Below, one piece after another: positions 1 through 10,065 of a stretch of DNA of 64,000 bases (the first letter of the stretch is position 1; the number at the start of each line of letters is the position of its first letter). Source of the DNA: a bacterium (lineage in GTDB: Bacteria > Patescibacteriota > Saccharimonadia > Saccharimonadales > Saccharimonadaceae); NCBI GenBank assembly GCA_030429975.1, contig JAUIGB010000001.1:44190-108189 (forward strand), written 5' to 3'. A program made the translations under genes and the position numbers. Below the pieces are notes generated by a model, which saw only the letters and a list, made by a program, of their open reading frames with translations, had not been told where the DNA came from and did no database searches.

Positions 1-61
1 GCCTAGGCAGTTACAACCTAGCGCAACTAGCAGACATAGCACTACACCTAGATAAATTGCT

Positions 62-114
62 AAAAAATGAAGAGAGCCCGCCGAAAGACGGCACCGATGA
101 ATCGGCGGGTCTCT
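62..114 (-). terminator. Rho-independent terminator downstream of the SDR gene
   Basis: Minus-strand hairpin AGAGACCCGCCGA / TCGGCGGGCTCTCT (71-114) followed by TCATTTTTT (62-70). Confidence 0.6.
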
Positions 115-148
115 CTGGCGAGCTCTAGTAGCTTCGCATTATTTGTGA

Positions 149-1066
149 CTACTGACTGCCCTCGTACTCGAGACGTGACGCATCGACTACGGGCTGGATG
201 TTGCGATGCATCTGACGCGCAGTCCATCCGACATGAGCAGGAAAGTACCTAGCTAGCGCTGAGTAACGCGGAACACTGGCGTACAGTCGCCTACCCTTGA
301 CTGCCCGTAGCATTCCCTTGACGGCATGTTTCGGGTCGCGTTCTTTGTGGCCAAAGCCCAATAGTCGGTTCGACTTCATCAGTAGCCTCGGCAGGCTCCT
401 CTTGAAGTTGTCTTCCATCGGGCTGGTGTGTTCGGAAAGCAACAATACTCCCGAGCGCGCACCGGTACCGATTAGTTCGAGGTTGCACCACTCTGCCAGC
501 TTGATGACGTGCGCCTTGGATGCGTTGTACGCACCCATCAACATCAAGGGCACGATTCCACCGTTCGAGGCGTTGGACAATACGAACTTGTCCCTGCCCT
601 TGATGAACGGCTTGCAGGCATAGATGGTGTTGTACGTCCCCTGTTCGTTCACGGCGCAGACACTGCGATAGCGTTCGGGGTCGTTTTCGAACGTCGTCAC
701 GTCGGCCTTGCCGGCATTCGCGATGACGATATCGATGTCACCCATCCAGTGCACGGCAACCTCGGCCGCCACCTGTATCTGAACCAGATCAGTGGTATCC
801 GCGACGTACGCGTAGGCGCGTTTACCTAAACAATCAGCAACACCGTAAACATTCGGATTGATATCCACCAAAAACACCGTAGCGCCACGGTCCACCAGCG
901 CCTTTGCGAATTTGGCGCCCAAGCCACGCTCGTCACCAGCACCCGTCAGAAAGACACGTTTGCCCTCTAGCGATATGCGGTTACGCGCGCCGAACGACAC
1001 CAGTATGCACAGCGCAAAAAACGCCAGTACAAACAGCACGTTCACCAAGATAACTGTGCCCACCAA
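149..1066 (-). CDS. Short-chain dehydrogenase/reductase (SDR) with N-terminal TM helix
   Basis: 305-aa ORF with Rossmann TGAGDERGLG (TGxxxGxG), IANAG and catalytic YNASK (YxxxK) motifs. GC-richer than its neighbours (37/60 G+C in line 661-720). Confidence 0.85.
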   Translation of the reverse strand: MVGTVILVNVLFVLAFFALCILVSFGARNRISLEGKRVFLTGAGDERGLGAKFAKALVDRGATVFLVDINPNVYGVADCLGKRAYAYVADTTDLVQIQVAAEVAVHWMGDIDIVIANAGKADVTTFENDPERYRSVCAVNEQGTYNTIYACKPFIKGRDKFVLSNASNGGIVPLMLMGAYNASKAHVIKLAEWCNLELIGTGARSGVLLLSEHTSPMEDNFKRSLPRLLMKSNRLLGFGHKERDPKHAVKGMLRAVKGRRLYASVPRYSALARYFPAHVGWTARQMHRNIQPVVDASRLEYEGSQ

Positions 1067-1177
1067 TTGGCACCTCCTAGGATAGTAGTTTGAATAGCAA
1101 AGCTCTAAAAGTACTCTCTAAAGCCCACTATATCGAGTTGGACTAATTACACCAAAAAATATGAAAAAGTCAATAGT

Positions 1178-3529
1178 CTAGTGCCCGACCTTGGAGTTAT
1201 AATTTCGCAACTGCAACCATGCCGTAACGCCAATCAACGTAGTTATCATCAACCACCAGTACCATGCTATTTCAAATGAATCATCATTGACTATTGCCTT
1301 GGCCTCTTCGCCATTTACTGTCTCTTCCCCTAATATGGTCGGCTTTTGTGATTGTCGGTCACTAGGATCGCTAGATGCCGTAGAAGCCGTAACAATATTG
1401 TTGTTATCGTAGCTCGGTTCGTCGGTATTGTTTGCGCTGAATAAACCATATGGCAAATCCAAAGGTATCGTCGCCTCATGGGTTGCATAAACAGACTCGC
1501 CTGGTGTGTTATCGGCGGTCAACGCCGTGATGGCAAAATCATAATCCAGATTGTTGTCGATATCAGTAATGTTTATTGTTGTTCGACTGGGCTCTATGAC
1601 ACCTATAGACGTACCGTTTATACTCAACATCAGTTTGTCTGTCAGTGGGTCATTGACCGAATCCCATGTAAGTTTTAGCGTACTAACGCCCTCAACGCTC
1701 TCGACTACAGTTATATTCAGATTTTCTGGCGCACTAGCCAACGCCGCCGGTAGCTCGTACGTTCCGATTTTTACTACTGCCGACATATTCGCAATTGTAT
1801 CGTTCGAACCAGTCACGCGCACCTGCATGTAGCCATCAAAAAGTTCTGTGTAAGTGTGATTGATTACTGGATTCGTAGTTGTTTCTTCGAATACACCATC
1901 ACCATCAAAATCCCATTCATATTTGGTTATCGTGCCGTCGATAATGTACGAACCACTGGCATCAAACGTGATTTCTTGGCCGATATCCGCCAAATATTCC
2001 GTATTCGTCAAAAACGGCACTGGTCGGTTTTGGGTTTTGTCGAAGGCTTTGTCCATAGCATCCGCAATATCGTCAGTAAACGAGACTACCTGGCCAGATG
2101 TATCCAGTGCCAGTTGTTCGTACTCGTCGACATATTCGTCCGGCACCACTGGATAGACATTGACGGGATCGATGGCTAGGGCTGTGCGAGCAACAATGTC
2201 CCGAGTTGTATGATACCTGTCCGGATCCTCCACCCTAGGATTACCGGTAATGAGTATTAGTGACTTGCTTGCACCATACATCCAATCCAGACTATTCATT
2301 GAATGATTTAGGGCGTACAATGTTGCACCCTGTGGCGAACCTGGCACACCCAAGACAATATAATTAACAATGTCGTTATCCATGAAAAAATCAAATGGAT
2401 ATGCATCAAATGGTAGTCCTAATACGTAGGTATTGATAAGATCTCCACCAATAAAATTGCCCGTATACGTCATCACTGAAAACTTTCCGTTTCTCTCGAC
2501 CGTCTTCGGAATCAGTTCACGTAATTTTTGACGAATTTCGTTAAGATCCAAGCCTGACTGCTCTGATGTGTCAATCAAAAATACCACGTTCTGCCCATTC
2601 ACACCCATACCAAAGTGATATTTAGTATCAATCGGATACGTAGGTGTTCTCGGTTCTTTACCTGCTATTGCCTGTTTTAATAAATGCGATGCCTTCCATG
2701 CAGCCCACTCTATCCCCTTACCGGGATCTGCATAAGTACCGTGTCCTTCATCTTGCCAGGGCCAGAAACCACTCCCGCATATTGCGTCTACAGAATGACA
2801 CCAGACGCCAGTTTTTGACACCATATCAGGTGGCACGTACGGATCCCTCGCGCCCAAGCTACCTTGTCTCATCCAGCAACTACCTAATGTCTCTCTGTAC
2901 ATGGACCATGAAGATTTACCATCACTACATGGAGCTGACGCATTTGACCAAGGTTGTCCATTTCCCTCTGGAAAATACGTTTTTGGATCACCAAGCATAG
3001 CAACGAAGACAATTCTGTCCTTTATATAGTCTGGTATCTCACGTAAAGCATTACCGATCACATGTGCGCCCTGTGAATAACCACCTAGAATATAGTAGGA
3101 TCCATGAGATTTACATTTTTCATAACGTTGATTTAAGTAATGATGCATTTCTATTACGCCACTACGTACGCTCTCGGAATACTCACCCGCTTCCCCTGCG
3201 CTAACGCGTGCTGTTAAGCCAACCGTCGCCAGATTTGGCCAACCGTTTACTTTGACGGCCTTATACTTGGAGCCTCCATATTTTTCAGTACCAAGTTCAT
3301 AATGATTTGGTATATATTCTGATTCCAGCCTCAAATTTAGCTGATCAACAAACTTTTCATAAGTGACGCCCCTCAAGGTTTGACCTGATCCACGAGCAAA
3401 AAACGTCTCTACCTTACTACATGGGTTATCCATTTCGCGTGCGAATGAGGTTTGCGTACCTTGTATAATAAATAATCCCGAGGCTAGGAGTACTAGTAAT
3501 TTTATTGCTGTGATTAGTGTGGTGGACAT
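1178..3529 (-). CDS. Secreted, C-terminally anchored multidomain protein: cutinase-like serine esterase + vWA-like + PKD + FN3
   Basis: 783 aa with a signal peptide. Cutinase hallmarks FFARGSG, GGYSQGA (GYSQG nucleophile elbow) and D.ICGSG....GHGTY. vWA-like VVFLIDTSEQSG ... LILITGN. PKD FDASGS...YEWDFDGDG. FN3-like repeat. C-terminal TM WYWWLMITTLIGVTAWL. Confidence 0.8.
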   Translation of the reverse strand: MSTTLITAIKLLVLLASGLFIIQGTQTSFAREMDNPCSKVETFFARGSGQTLRGVTYEKFVDQLNLRLESEYIPNHYELGTEKYGGSKYKAVKVNGWPNLATVGLTARVSAGEAGEYSESVRSGVIEMHHYLNQRYEKCKSHGSYYILGGYSQGAHVIGNALREIPDYIKDRIVFVAMLGDPKTYFPEGNGQPWSNASAPCSDGKSSWSMYRETLGSCWMRQGSLGARDPYVPPDMVSKTGVWCHSVDAICGSGFWPWQDEGHGTYADPGKGIEWAAWKASHLLKQAIAGKEPRTPTYPIDTKYHFGMGVNGQNVVFLIDTSEQSGLDLNEIRQKLRELIPKTVERNGKFSVMTYTGNFIGGDLINTYVLGLPFDAYPFDFFMDNDIVNYIVLGVPGSPQGATLYALNHSMNSLDWMYGASKSLILITGNPRVEDPDRYHTTRDIVARTALAIDPVNVYPVVPDEYVDEYEQLALDTSGQVVSFTDDIADAMDKAFDKTQNRPVPFLTNTEYLADIGQEITFDASGSYIIDGTITKYEWDFDGDGVFEETTTNPVINHTYTELFDGYMQVRVTGSNDTIANMSAVVKIGTYELPAALASAPENLNITVVESVEGVSTLKLTWDSVNDPLTDKLMLSINGTSIGVIEPSRTTINITDIDNNLDYDFAITALTADNTPGESVYATHEATIPLDLPYGLFSANNTDEPSYDNNNIVTASTASSDPSDRQSQKPTILGEETVNGEEAKAIVNDDSFEIAWYWWLMITTLIGVTAWLQLRNYNSKVGH

Positions 3530-3543
3530 ATTGTGCTTTCTTG

Positions 3544-3987
3544 TTACTGCATATGTAAGCTAACAGTTGGTGGATCAGATTTGGAATTACTCCTTAATGC
3601 GATGATTTGAACCTGGTAGCCCTCAACAAATCCGTACATGGTACAAAAGTTGCCGTTTTGAGCAACCTGCTCTGGATCACAACCATTACGAATTTTTACA
3701 TCTGCCCATCCGGATCGTTTAACTGCATTGATTATGTCATCCTGTGTTGCCGTACTGTCCATATCCCAATTACGCGTCAAGCTTGGACATGCGCTGGCAC
3801 ATATCGTCGCTGGTGGATTCGAGCTACTCTGCACTAGTGTCCACGAACTATCTGGCTGGAACTGGTCGGCTACCGCTTCTATGTCGTCTGTCGTGCCGGT
3901 CCACATCAACCAATAGATAAATCCACCGACAATTACAACCGGAGGTAACGCAAACAATAATATTTTTCGCCACTTCTTATTCATCAC
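3544..3987 (-). CDS. Hypothetical membrane-anchored protein (N-terminal TM, Cys-containing ectodomain)
   Basis: 147-aa ORF 15 nt downstream of the esterase gene. It has one N-terminal TM helix. No motif recognised. Confidence 0.55.
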   Translation of the reverse strand: MMNKKWRKILLFALPPVVIVGGFIYWLMWTGTTDDIEAVADQFQPDSSWTLVQSSSNPPATICASACPSLTRNWDMDSTATQDDIINAVKRSGWADVKIRNGCDPEQVAQNGNFCTMYGFVEGYQVQIIALRSNSKSDPPTVSLHMQ

Positions 3988-4058
3988 AAAATCCCACCCT
4001 TATTAACTATCCGCAATAGTAATACGAATAACAGATGTGGTCAAGGCTGTGTTTTTAT

Positions 4059-6272
4059 TTAAACCTGTTCGTCTTCATCACTGCCACCATCCAACTGATC
4101 TAGGCTAGTGACTAATACATCGCGAGGTTTGCTGTTTCCGCTGGCTTGGCCGACTATTCCTTGGTCTTCCATGGTATCTATGTATCTAGCGGCCTTGGCG
4201 TAGCCTATGCCTAGGCGTCGTTGCAATAGGCTGGCGCTGGCTTTGCCAGTGTCTACTACTATGCGTAGGGCTTCCTGATACGTCGGATCGCCACTGGTAT
4301 CGGTATCGAAGTTCATAACCACACCACCTTTTCCATTTAGCTGTACCGGCTGGCTGACGATTTCGTCATTGTATTGTGGCGCCGACTGCATACGCAGATG
4401 GTCGTTTATCTTGCCGACTTCGTCATCCGTTACCCATGCACCCTGGATACGTTTTGGCTTGCTCATGCTAGGTGTCAGAATCAACATGTCACCTTTGCCC
4501 AGTAGTTTTTCGGCGCCAGCCTGATCTAGGATAGTACGGCTGTCCACCTGGCTGGCCACGGTAAACGCGATACGCGCAGGTATGTTGGCCTTTATCAAAC
4601 CAGTGATGATATCTACGGACGGACGCTGAGTCGCCAGTACTAGATGTATACCGACGGCACGTGCTTTTTGCGCCAGACGGACCACTAGTGCCTCGACATC
4701 GCGCGCTGCGACCATCATTAGGTCTGCCAACTCGTCGATGACAATCACGATGTATGGCATCGCGCCACCTTCCTGATGTTGCTGTTCGTTGCCTTCTTCG
4801 TCCTTTACTGTAATCTTGCCCTTGCCGACACTCATCTTTTTGTTGTAACTGTTGATATCACGTACCTTTTCGGCGGCCAATAGTTTGTAGCGACGTTCCA
4901 TTTCGTTTACTGCCCATTTCAACGCGCTGATTGTCTTTTCTGGTTCTGTAATAATTGGCGTCAACAGGTGCGGAATATCCTCGTACGGAGCCATTTCTAC
5001 CTGTTTTGGATCCACTAGTATCAACTTCATTTCGCTAGGACTATTACGATATAGCAGGCTGGTCAGCAATGTATTTATCATGACGGATTTACCGCTACCG
5101 GTCTGACCGGCAATCAACAGGTGTGGCATCTGGTTTAATTCGCCTATCACGGCTTCGCCAGAAATATCACGGCCCACGCCAAATGATAACGGCTCGCGCG
5201 CTGTTTCCCACTGCTTGGACGTTAGTATTCCATGTAATCGTACGTCCGCCGCCTTACGGTTGGGCACTTCTATACCTACGGCCTTTTGACCAGGAATTGG
5301 CGCTTCTATCCGTAGTGATTGCGCAGCCAGATTTAGCGCGATGTTCGTTTCTAGTGCCGTGATGCGTGTCAATTTGACCCCACTAGGCGGTTTCAATGTA
5401 TACTGCGTTACTTTCGGACCAATATTGGCGCCTTCCATATCCACGTCGATACTAAACTCGCTCAGTGTGTCTTTGATAATCTGCGCGTTTTGAGTAACAT
5501 CGCCCGCGTCAGCCGGACTTTGCTTTTTCTCTAATAATTCTAGGCTAGGTGCCTTCCAATTCGGATCGGTTACAGATACGAGCGCCGTTTGTTCTTCGGC
5601 TGCTTTATCCTGTTTGACGCTGTCTTTTAGCGTTGACCGCGACTTGGACTCGTCTACTGTTTCGACACCAGCATTCATCTTGAATTCCTTCATTGATTTC
5701 TTGCCGTCGTCTTCGGACGCCTGTCGCATGATTTCAATATTATCGTCGTCGAACTTCTCGGTTCGTATTAACTGCCATAACTTCTGAATCATAGCGAATG
5801 GCGAAATCCTAGCGACGAACAATACCGTTAGTAGAACCAATAATACATATATAAAGATAGCAACGGGACTATCAACCAGTGCCAACACTATTTCGTTCAT
5901 ATTCTGACCTACCCAGCCACCCTGAGTAGCACCAAAAACCAGACCAGACAAACCAGCCACCCATATCAACAACAATCCTGTCGCGAATTTCATGACCATA
6001 GGTAGTTTGTTCTGTTCGGCGCGGAATATCTCGACCGCGACGTATGTAAATAATACCGGTATAACGAACACGGCATAGCCAATCGACGCCAGCGCGGCCT
6101 CTTGCACCCAATCCAACACTGGTCCGCCAACGCCAAACCACGCGACCACTAGCAACACCGAAATCGCTATGAGCGCGAGCGCTAGTACCTGTTGCCAAAA
6201 GCCAGCAGGTAAGACATGGGATGGTGTCTCTTTTACCGCTTTTCTTTTTGTTTTTCGTCTGCGTTTAGCCAT
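4059..6272 (-). CDS. ftsK: DNA translocase FtsK/SpoIIIE
   Basis: 737 aa with N-terminal TM helices, Walker A GQTGSGKSV, Walker B VIVIDELADLM and a C-terminal winged-helix gamma-like domain. Confidence 0.95.
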   Translation of the reverse strand: MAKRRRKTKRKAVKETPSHVLPAGFWQQVLALALIAISVLLVVAWFGVGGPVLDWVQEAALASIGYAVFVIPVLFTYVAVEIFRAEQNKLPMVMKFATGLLLIWVAGLSGLVFGATQGGWVGQNMNEIVLALVDSPVAIFIYVLLVLLTVLFVARISPFAMIQKLWQLIRTEKFDDDNIEIMRQASEDDGKKSMKEFKMNAGVETVDESKSRSTLKDSVKQDKAAEEQTALVSVTDPNWKAPSLELLEKKQSPADAGDVTQNAQIIKDTLSEFSIDVDMEGANIGPKVTQYTLKPPSGVKLTRITALETNIALNLAAQSLRIEAPIPGQKAVGIEVPNRKAADVRLHGILTSKQWETAREPLSFGVGRDISGEAVIGELNQMPHLLIAGQTGSGKSVMINTLLTSLLYRNSPSEMKLILVDPKQVEMAPYEDIPHLLTPIITEPEKTISALKWAVNEMERRYKLLAAEKVRDINSYNKKMSVGKGKITVKDEEGNEQQHQEGGAMPYIVIVIDELADLMMVAARDVEALVVRLAQKARAVGIHLVLATQRPSVDIITGLIKANIPARIAFTVASQVDSRTILDQAGAEKLLGKGDMLILTPSMSKPKRIQGAWVTDDEVGKINDHLRMQSAPQYNDEIVSQPVQLNGKGGVVMNFDTDTSGDPTYQEALRIVVDTGKASASLLQRRLGIGYAKAARYIDTMEDQGIVGQASGNSKPRDVLVTSLDQLDGGSDEDEQV

Positions 6273-6344
6273 CTTTTTATATTATACTGGTTTTTACTCT
6301 GTATATTATAGCAAATTTTACTACATTTTGCAATAGGCTTATGT

Positions 6345-6373
6345 TTTACATATCTGTTGTAAAATTTTATAAT
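6345..6373 (+). promoter_or_regulatory. Sigma-70-type promoter for the GC-rich orphan ORF
   Basis: TTTACA (6345-6350), 17-nt spacer, TATAAT (6368-6373). SD AGGAG (6397-6401) lies 6 nt before GTG 6408. Confidence 0.5.
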
Positions 6374-6407
6374 TAACTTACTGTCCACCATATTCTAGGA
6401 GTGTGAA

Positions 6408-6842
6408 GTGTTCGTATCCAGAAAGGTCTATGACCCCCAGGAGTTGTTCGAAATCCATGGCAATGCCCAGGAGGAACATTTCCTGCGCATCGACTTCGTC
6501 GATGGTCATCCGTCAATCTACGGTTATCCCAGCTGGGATAACTACCCCAACCCCTGGCCCCTGCGCCTGAGCATGAGGGACCTGCCGGCCGAGATCGACC
6601 TGCAATTGCAGTTGGTCCGGACCTCAATCGCAATCAAACTGCGCGGTCGAGGCGGCGAGGATCTGGTCGAGATGATCAATCGTCCCGACAACACGCCGTT
6701 CATCATGCACCTCGGCGAGGATATGGAGCCGCTCCTGGTCTATCGCGCGTTCCGTGACATGTGGTTCGGCGACAAGGACGCAGTAGTCCTGCCTCGAGTC
6801 AGGCGCTTCGTGCCGGTGGAACCGCACGAGGTAGTCGGCTGA
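6408..6842 (+). CDS. Hypothetical protein, GC-rich orphan (144 aa)
   Basis: GTG start with a strong SD and its own terminator. 36/60 G+C in line 6601-6660 versus 28/60 in ftsK line 5401-5460. No family recognised. Confidence 0.6.
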   Translation: MFVSRKVYDPQELFEIHGNAQEEHFLRIDFVDGHPSIYGYPSWDNYPNPWPLRLSMRDLPAEIDLQLQLVRTSIAIKLRGRGGEDLVEMINRPDNTPFIMHLGEDMEPLLVYRAFRDMWFGDKDAVVLPRVRRFVPVEPHEVVG

Positions 6843-6866
6843 CAGTACGCCTCGACGCCAGCAACG

Positions 6867-6900
6867 AAAAAACCTCGTCGCTGTAGCGTCGAGGTTTTTT
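6867..6900. terminator. Bidirectional rho-independent terminator (orphan ORF and rnj converge on it)
   Basis: AAAAAACCTCGtCGC-tgta-GCGtCGAGGTTTTTT: a stem flanked by an A-run and a T-run. Confidence 0.8.
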
Positions 6901-6912
6901 CTATTCTAGATA

Positions 6913-9039
6913 TTAGAACGATGGAGTTTCGCTTGGTGCACGCAGCGCCGGATCTACCGTTTCCGTATCTGGATATTGCTTTGGTGGAAACTTTTTCGGT
7001 CCCACGTTGTGCATTACTTTTGGCCTATTGGCGTGTGGTTTGCCGTTATCTTGGCGATTTTGCGAACCACCACCAATCTCATTTATCACCGGGATAACAA
7101 TAGGTGTTCGACGCGTTTGGTCATACAAGATATGAGTAATCTCGTCCTTTATTTCCTTTTTTATCTGGTCAATGTCGATGTTCTTGCCAGACAGACTGCG
7201 AGCAACTTTTTGCTTTAGGTACTGTCGTATCATGCCCATCAATTCTTCGCTATCGCGCAGATATATAAATCCACGACTGATGATATCTGGGCTGGTAAGC
7301 AAACGTCCACTACCCCTCTGTACCGTTAGGATTACGACGAACATTCCTTCGTTCGCCATATGTATACGATCTTTTAGCACGACTTCGCTGACAATCGCCC
7401 CGCTGTCATCGTACATGATTCCACCTACAGGTACTCGGCCATTCTTTTTGACACCATTAGGAGTTATCTCGATTACATCACCGCTGTCACAGACAAAGAT
7501 ATTGTCGCGCGGAATAGCGCATTCTTTTTCCGCCAGGCGGGCATTGTGTACCAACATATGGAACTCACCGTGAATTGGCATGTAGTATGTCGGATTGAGA
7601 GCGTTGATTAGCCGTACGTGGTCATCGTAATAGCCATGTCCCGACAAGTGAATACGTCCGATTCCATGAAGGTGCGTTTTGCGATCACGAATAACTTCGC
7701 TACCTTCGCGCATCAAACCATCAACAGTACGTACGATGTATTTCTCGTTGCCAGGAATCGCGCTACTACTAAACACGATGATATCGCTACCCTTAACCTT
7801 TAGGTGCTTGTGTGAACCACTAGCCATTCGATTGAGGACAGCGTTGAATTCACCCTGTGAACCGGTACATAGTACTACTACCTTACTATCAGGAAGTTTT
7901 ACTACGTCCTCCATTTTTACGATGGTGTCTTTTGGAATCTTTATGGTTCCAGTTCGTAATGCAACCTCAGTATTTTGAATCATGCTGTATCCCGCAATCG
8001 CAACTTTTCGGCCGTGTTTGTGAGCTTCTTCCATGATCATCTGCAGACGATGTAATTGGCTAGAGAAAGTTGATACGATGATTCGGCTATTTACGTGCTT
8101 GGTAAATATATCACCTATACTTTCCTTGATATCAAACTCTCCGTGCTGATGGGTACCCTCGTCTTCACAGTTGGTACTTTCGTTCATCAACAACAAAATA
8201 CCTTCCTTGGTCGCAATTTCGGTCAAACGCTCGAGGTCAAATTTAACACCATCTACGGGATTTTCCTCAAATCGCCAGTCGCCTGTGTCTACCAGAACGC
8301 CGAGAGGCGTACGTATAACCACCGCGGACGCGTCCGGAATAGAATGACATACTCGGACCAATTCAATATTGAAGCTATCCCCTAGTTGTACTCGTTCGTG
8401 CTTTTCAGGATCCACCTCATGATATTCGGGTTCATAACCATCCATGGATTCTTCCATGGTTCGCTTTATCATAGCCAGCGTAAAGCGACTGGCATACACG
8501 GGAACCTGCAGTTTGGACAATATATGCCGCGCCGCACCGATGTGATCTAGGTGTCCGTGAGTGAACACGATACCACGAAGTTTATGCTTGTTCTGTTCTA
8601 GATATGTCACATCTGGCGTGATGTAGTTGATTCCTGGGTAATCACCGCCCGGGAACAAGAAGCCACAGTCAATGATAATAATGTCATCCTCATATTCGAT
8701 GGCCATCATATTTTTGCCGATACCCATTTCGCCTAATCCACCGATAGGTATAACCTTGACGACCGGACCCTTTGTTGGCGGTCGTTTCTTGGCGATAGCC
8801 ATACTAAATTGCTGTCCACCATAGCCATTAAACTCTGATTTGTTAACAGGGATGTTAATCATATGCTGACTAGCGCGCAAGTTTACATTTTCTGACATTC
8901 GACGTTGCGCACGAAACACTTCGCCTTTTCGCGTATTGGTGTTATTCAATACGGTATTGTTGGATTTTTGCCTTTGCTGGTTAGATGGTCGTTTACTTTG
9001 ATCATCAGGAGCAGCTTTGGCGAGTCTACGTTGACCCAT
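6913..9039 (-). CDS. rnj: Ribonuclease J (beta-CASP metallo-beta-lactamase) with basic N-terminal extension
   Basis: 708 aa. Has VIPIGGLGEMGIGKN and the HGHLDHIG metallo-beta-lactamase motif. SD AAGGAG upstream. Confidence 0.9.
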   Translation of the reverse strand: MGQRRLAKAAPDDQSKRPSNQQRQKSNNTVLNNTNTRKGEVFRAQRRMSENVNLRASQHMINIPVNKSEFNGYGGQQFSMAIAKKRPPTKGPVVKVIPIGGLGEMGIGKNMMAIEYEDDIIIIDCGFLFPGGDYPGINYITPDVTYLEQNKHKLRGIVFTHGHLDHIGAARHILSKLQVPVYASRFTLAMIKRTMEESMDGYEPEYHEVDPEKHERVQLGDSFNIELVRVCHSIPDASAVVIRTPLGVLVDTGDWRFEENPVDGVKFDLERLTEIATKEGILLLMNESTNCEDEGTHQHGEFDIKESIGDIFTKHVNSRIIVSTFSSQLHRLQMIMEEAHKHGRKVAIAGYSMIQNTEVALRTGTIKIPKDTIVKMEDVVKLPDSKVVVLCTGSQGEFNAVLNRMASGSHKHLKVKGSDIIVFSSSAIPGNEKYIVRTVDGLMREGSEVIRDRKTHLHGIGRIHLSGHGYYDDHVRLINALNPTYYMPIHGEFHMLVHNARLAEKECAIPRDNIFVCDSGDVIEITPNGVKKNGRVPVGGIMYDDSGAIVSEVVLKDRIHMANEGMFVVILTVQRGSGRLLTSPDIISRGFIYLRDSEELMGMIRQYLKQKVARSLSGKNIDIDQIKKEIKDEITHILYDQTRRTPIVIPVINEIGGGSQNRQDNGKPHANRPKVMHNVGPKKFPPKQYPDTETVDPALRAPSETPSF

Positions 9040-9215
9040 TTTTGTTATTTCTCCTTATTAGAGTCACCCACGCATGGGGACCCCAATTTATTTAATTAAT
9101 TCTATATTTTCTCATTTAGCTATATAAGTTTGGGAACCGGTCGTTTCTGAAATCTGTATTCCCCAATAGTTACCCCTATTGTATCACAGATTACATGATT
9201 ACGCAAGCGCTTCTA

Positions 9216-10046
9216 TTATTTCTTTGCGTTGTGAATGACCCTCTGAGGGAAAGGAATCTCTATTCCTTGCTTGTCAAAGGCCTGCTTTAGGCGTGTCCTG
9301 TATTCACCTGCCACGTTCCATTGTTCTAGGGTTGCTGTTTTACCTACGGCTTTTAGATTCACACTGGAATCTCCAAAGCTATTGAGGCGGAGAAAGGCTA
9401 TCGGTTCGATAATACGATCTTTCCACTCCTCATCTTCTGCCATTTCTTGACCGACTTCATTGATAATCTTTTCTGCTTTTCGTACGTCGGCATCATAACT
9501 GATACCCACGTCTATAACCACGCCTGAATACTCCATAGTCATGTTTTGCACGGTGTTAATTTCGCCGTTTGGCACATAGTACACGCTACCATCCAGGTCG
9601 CGTAGTTTCGTCATGCGAATACTGACGCTTTCGACGAGCCCGCTATGTCCCGCAATCGTCACGACGTCACCTACCCTGTATTGGTTTTCCAAAATGATAA
9701 AAATACCACTCAGAAAATCCTTTACCGTGCTCTGCGCCCCAAAACCAATCACGATACCAATAAGTCCCGCGCCAGTCGCAAGCGCAGCCAAATTCACGTT
9801 AAACTCGTTTAGTATCAAGATTACGCCAATTAGCCAAATCGCAACGGTCAAAGCAGTCCTAAACAAACCTGTTAGGGTTTTTTCGCGCTGTCGTTCTTCT
9901 GACTTACTCTTGTATTTATTACTTCGTACGGCTTTTTCTACTACACGACCAATATAATCACGCACGACTAACTGTATACCGGCCAACACTGCTACATACA
10001 GCAGTATCCGAAACCACATTCCTCCATCAAAAACTAAATCAAACAT
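9216..10046 (-). CDS. Small-conductance mechanosensitive channel (MscS family)
   Basis: 276 aa with three TM helices then the MscS beta-domain block RVGDVVTIAGHSGLVESVSIRMTKLRDLDGSVYYVPNG. Confidence 0.85.
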   Translation of the reverse strand: MFDLVFDGGMWFRILLYVAVLAGIQLVVRDYIGRVVEKAVRSNKYKSKSEERQREKTLTGLFRTALTVAIWLIGVILILNEFNVNLAALATGAGLIGIVIGFGAQSTVKDFLSGIFIILENQYRVGDVVTIAGHSGLVESVSIRMTKLRDLDGSVYYVPNGEINTVQNMTMEYSGVVIDVGISYDADVRKAEKIINEVGQEMAEDEEWKDRIIEPIAFLRLNSFGDSSVNLKAVGKTATLEQWNVAGEYRTRLKQAFDKQGIEIPFPQRVIHNAKK

Positions 10047-10065
10047 ACTTCTAGCGTAACATGTA

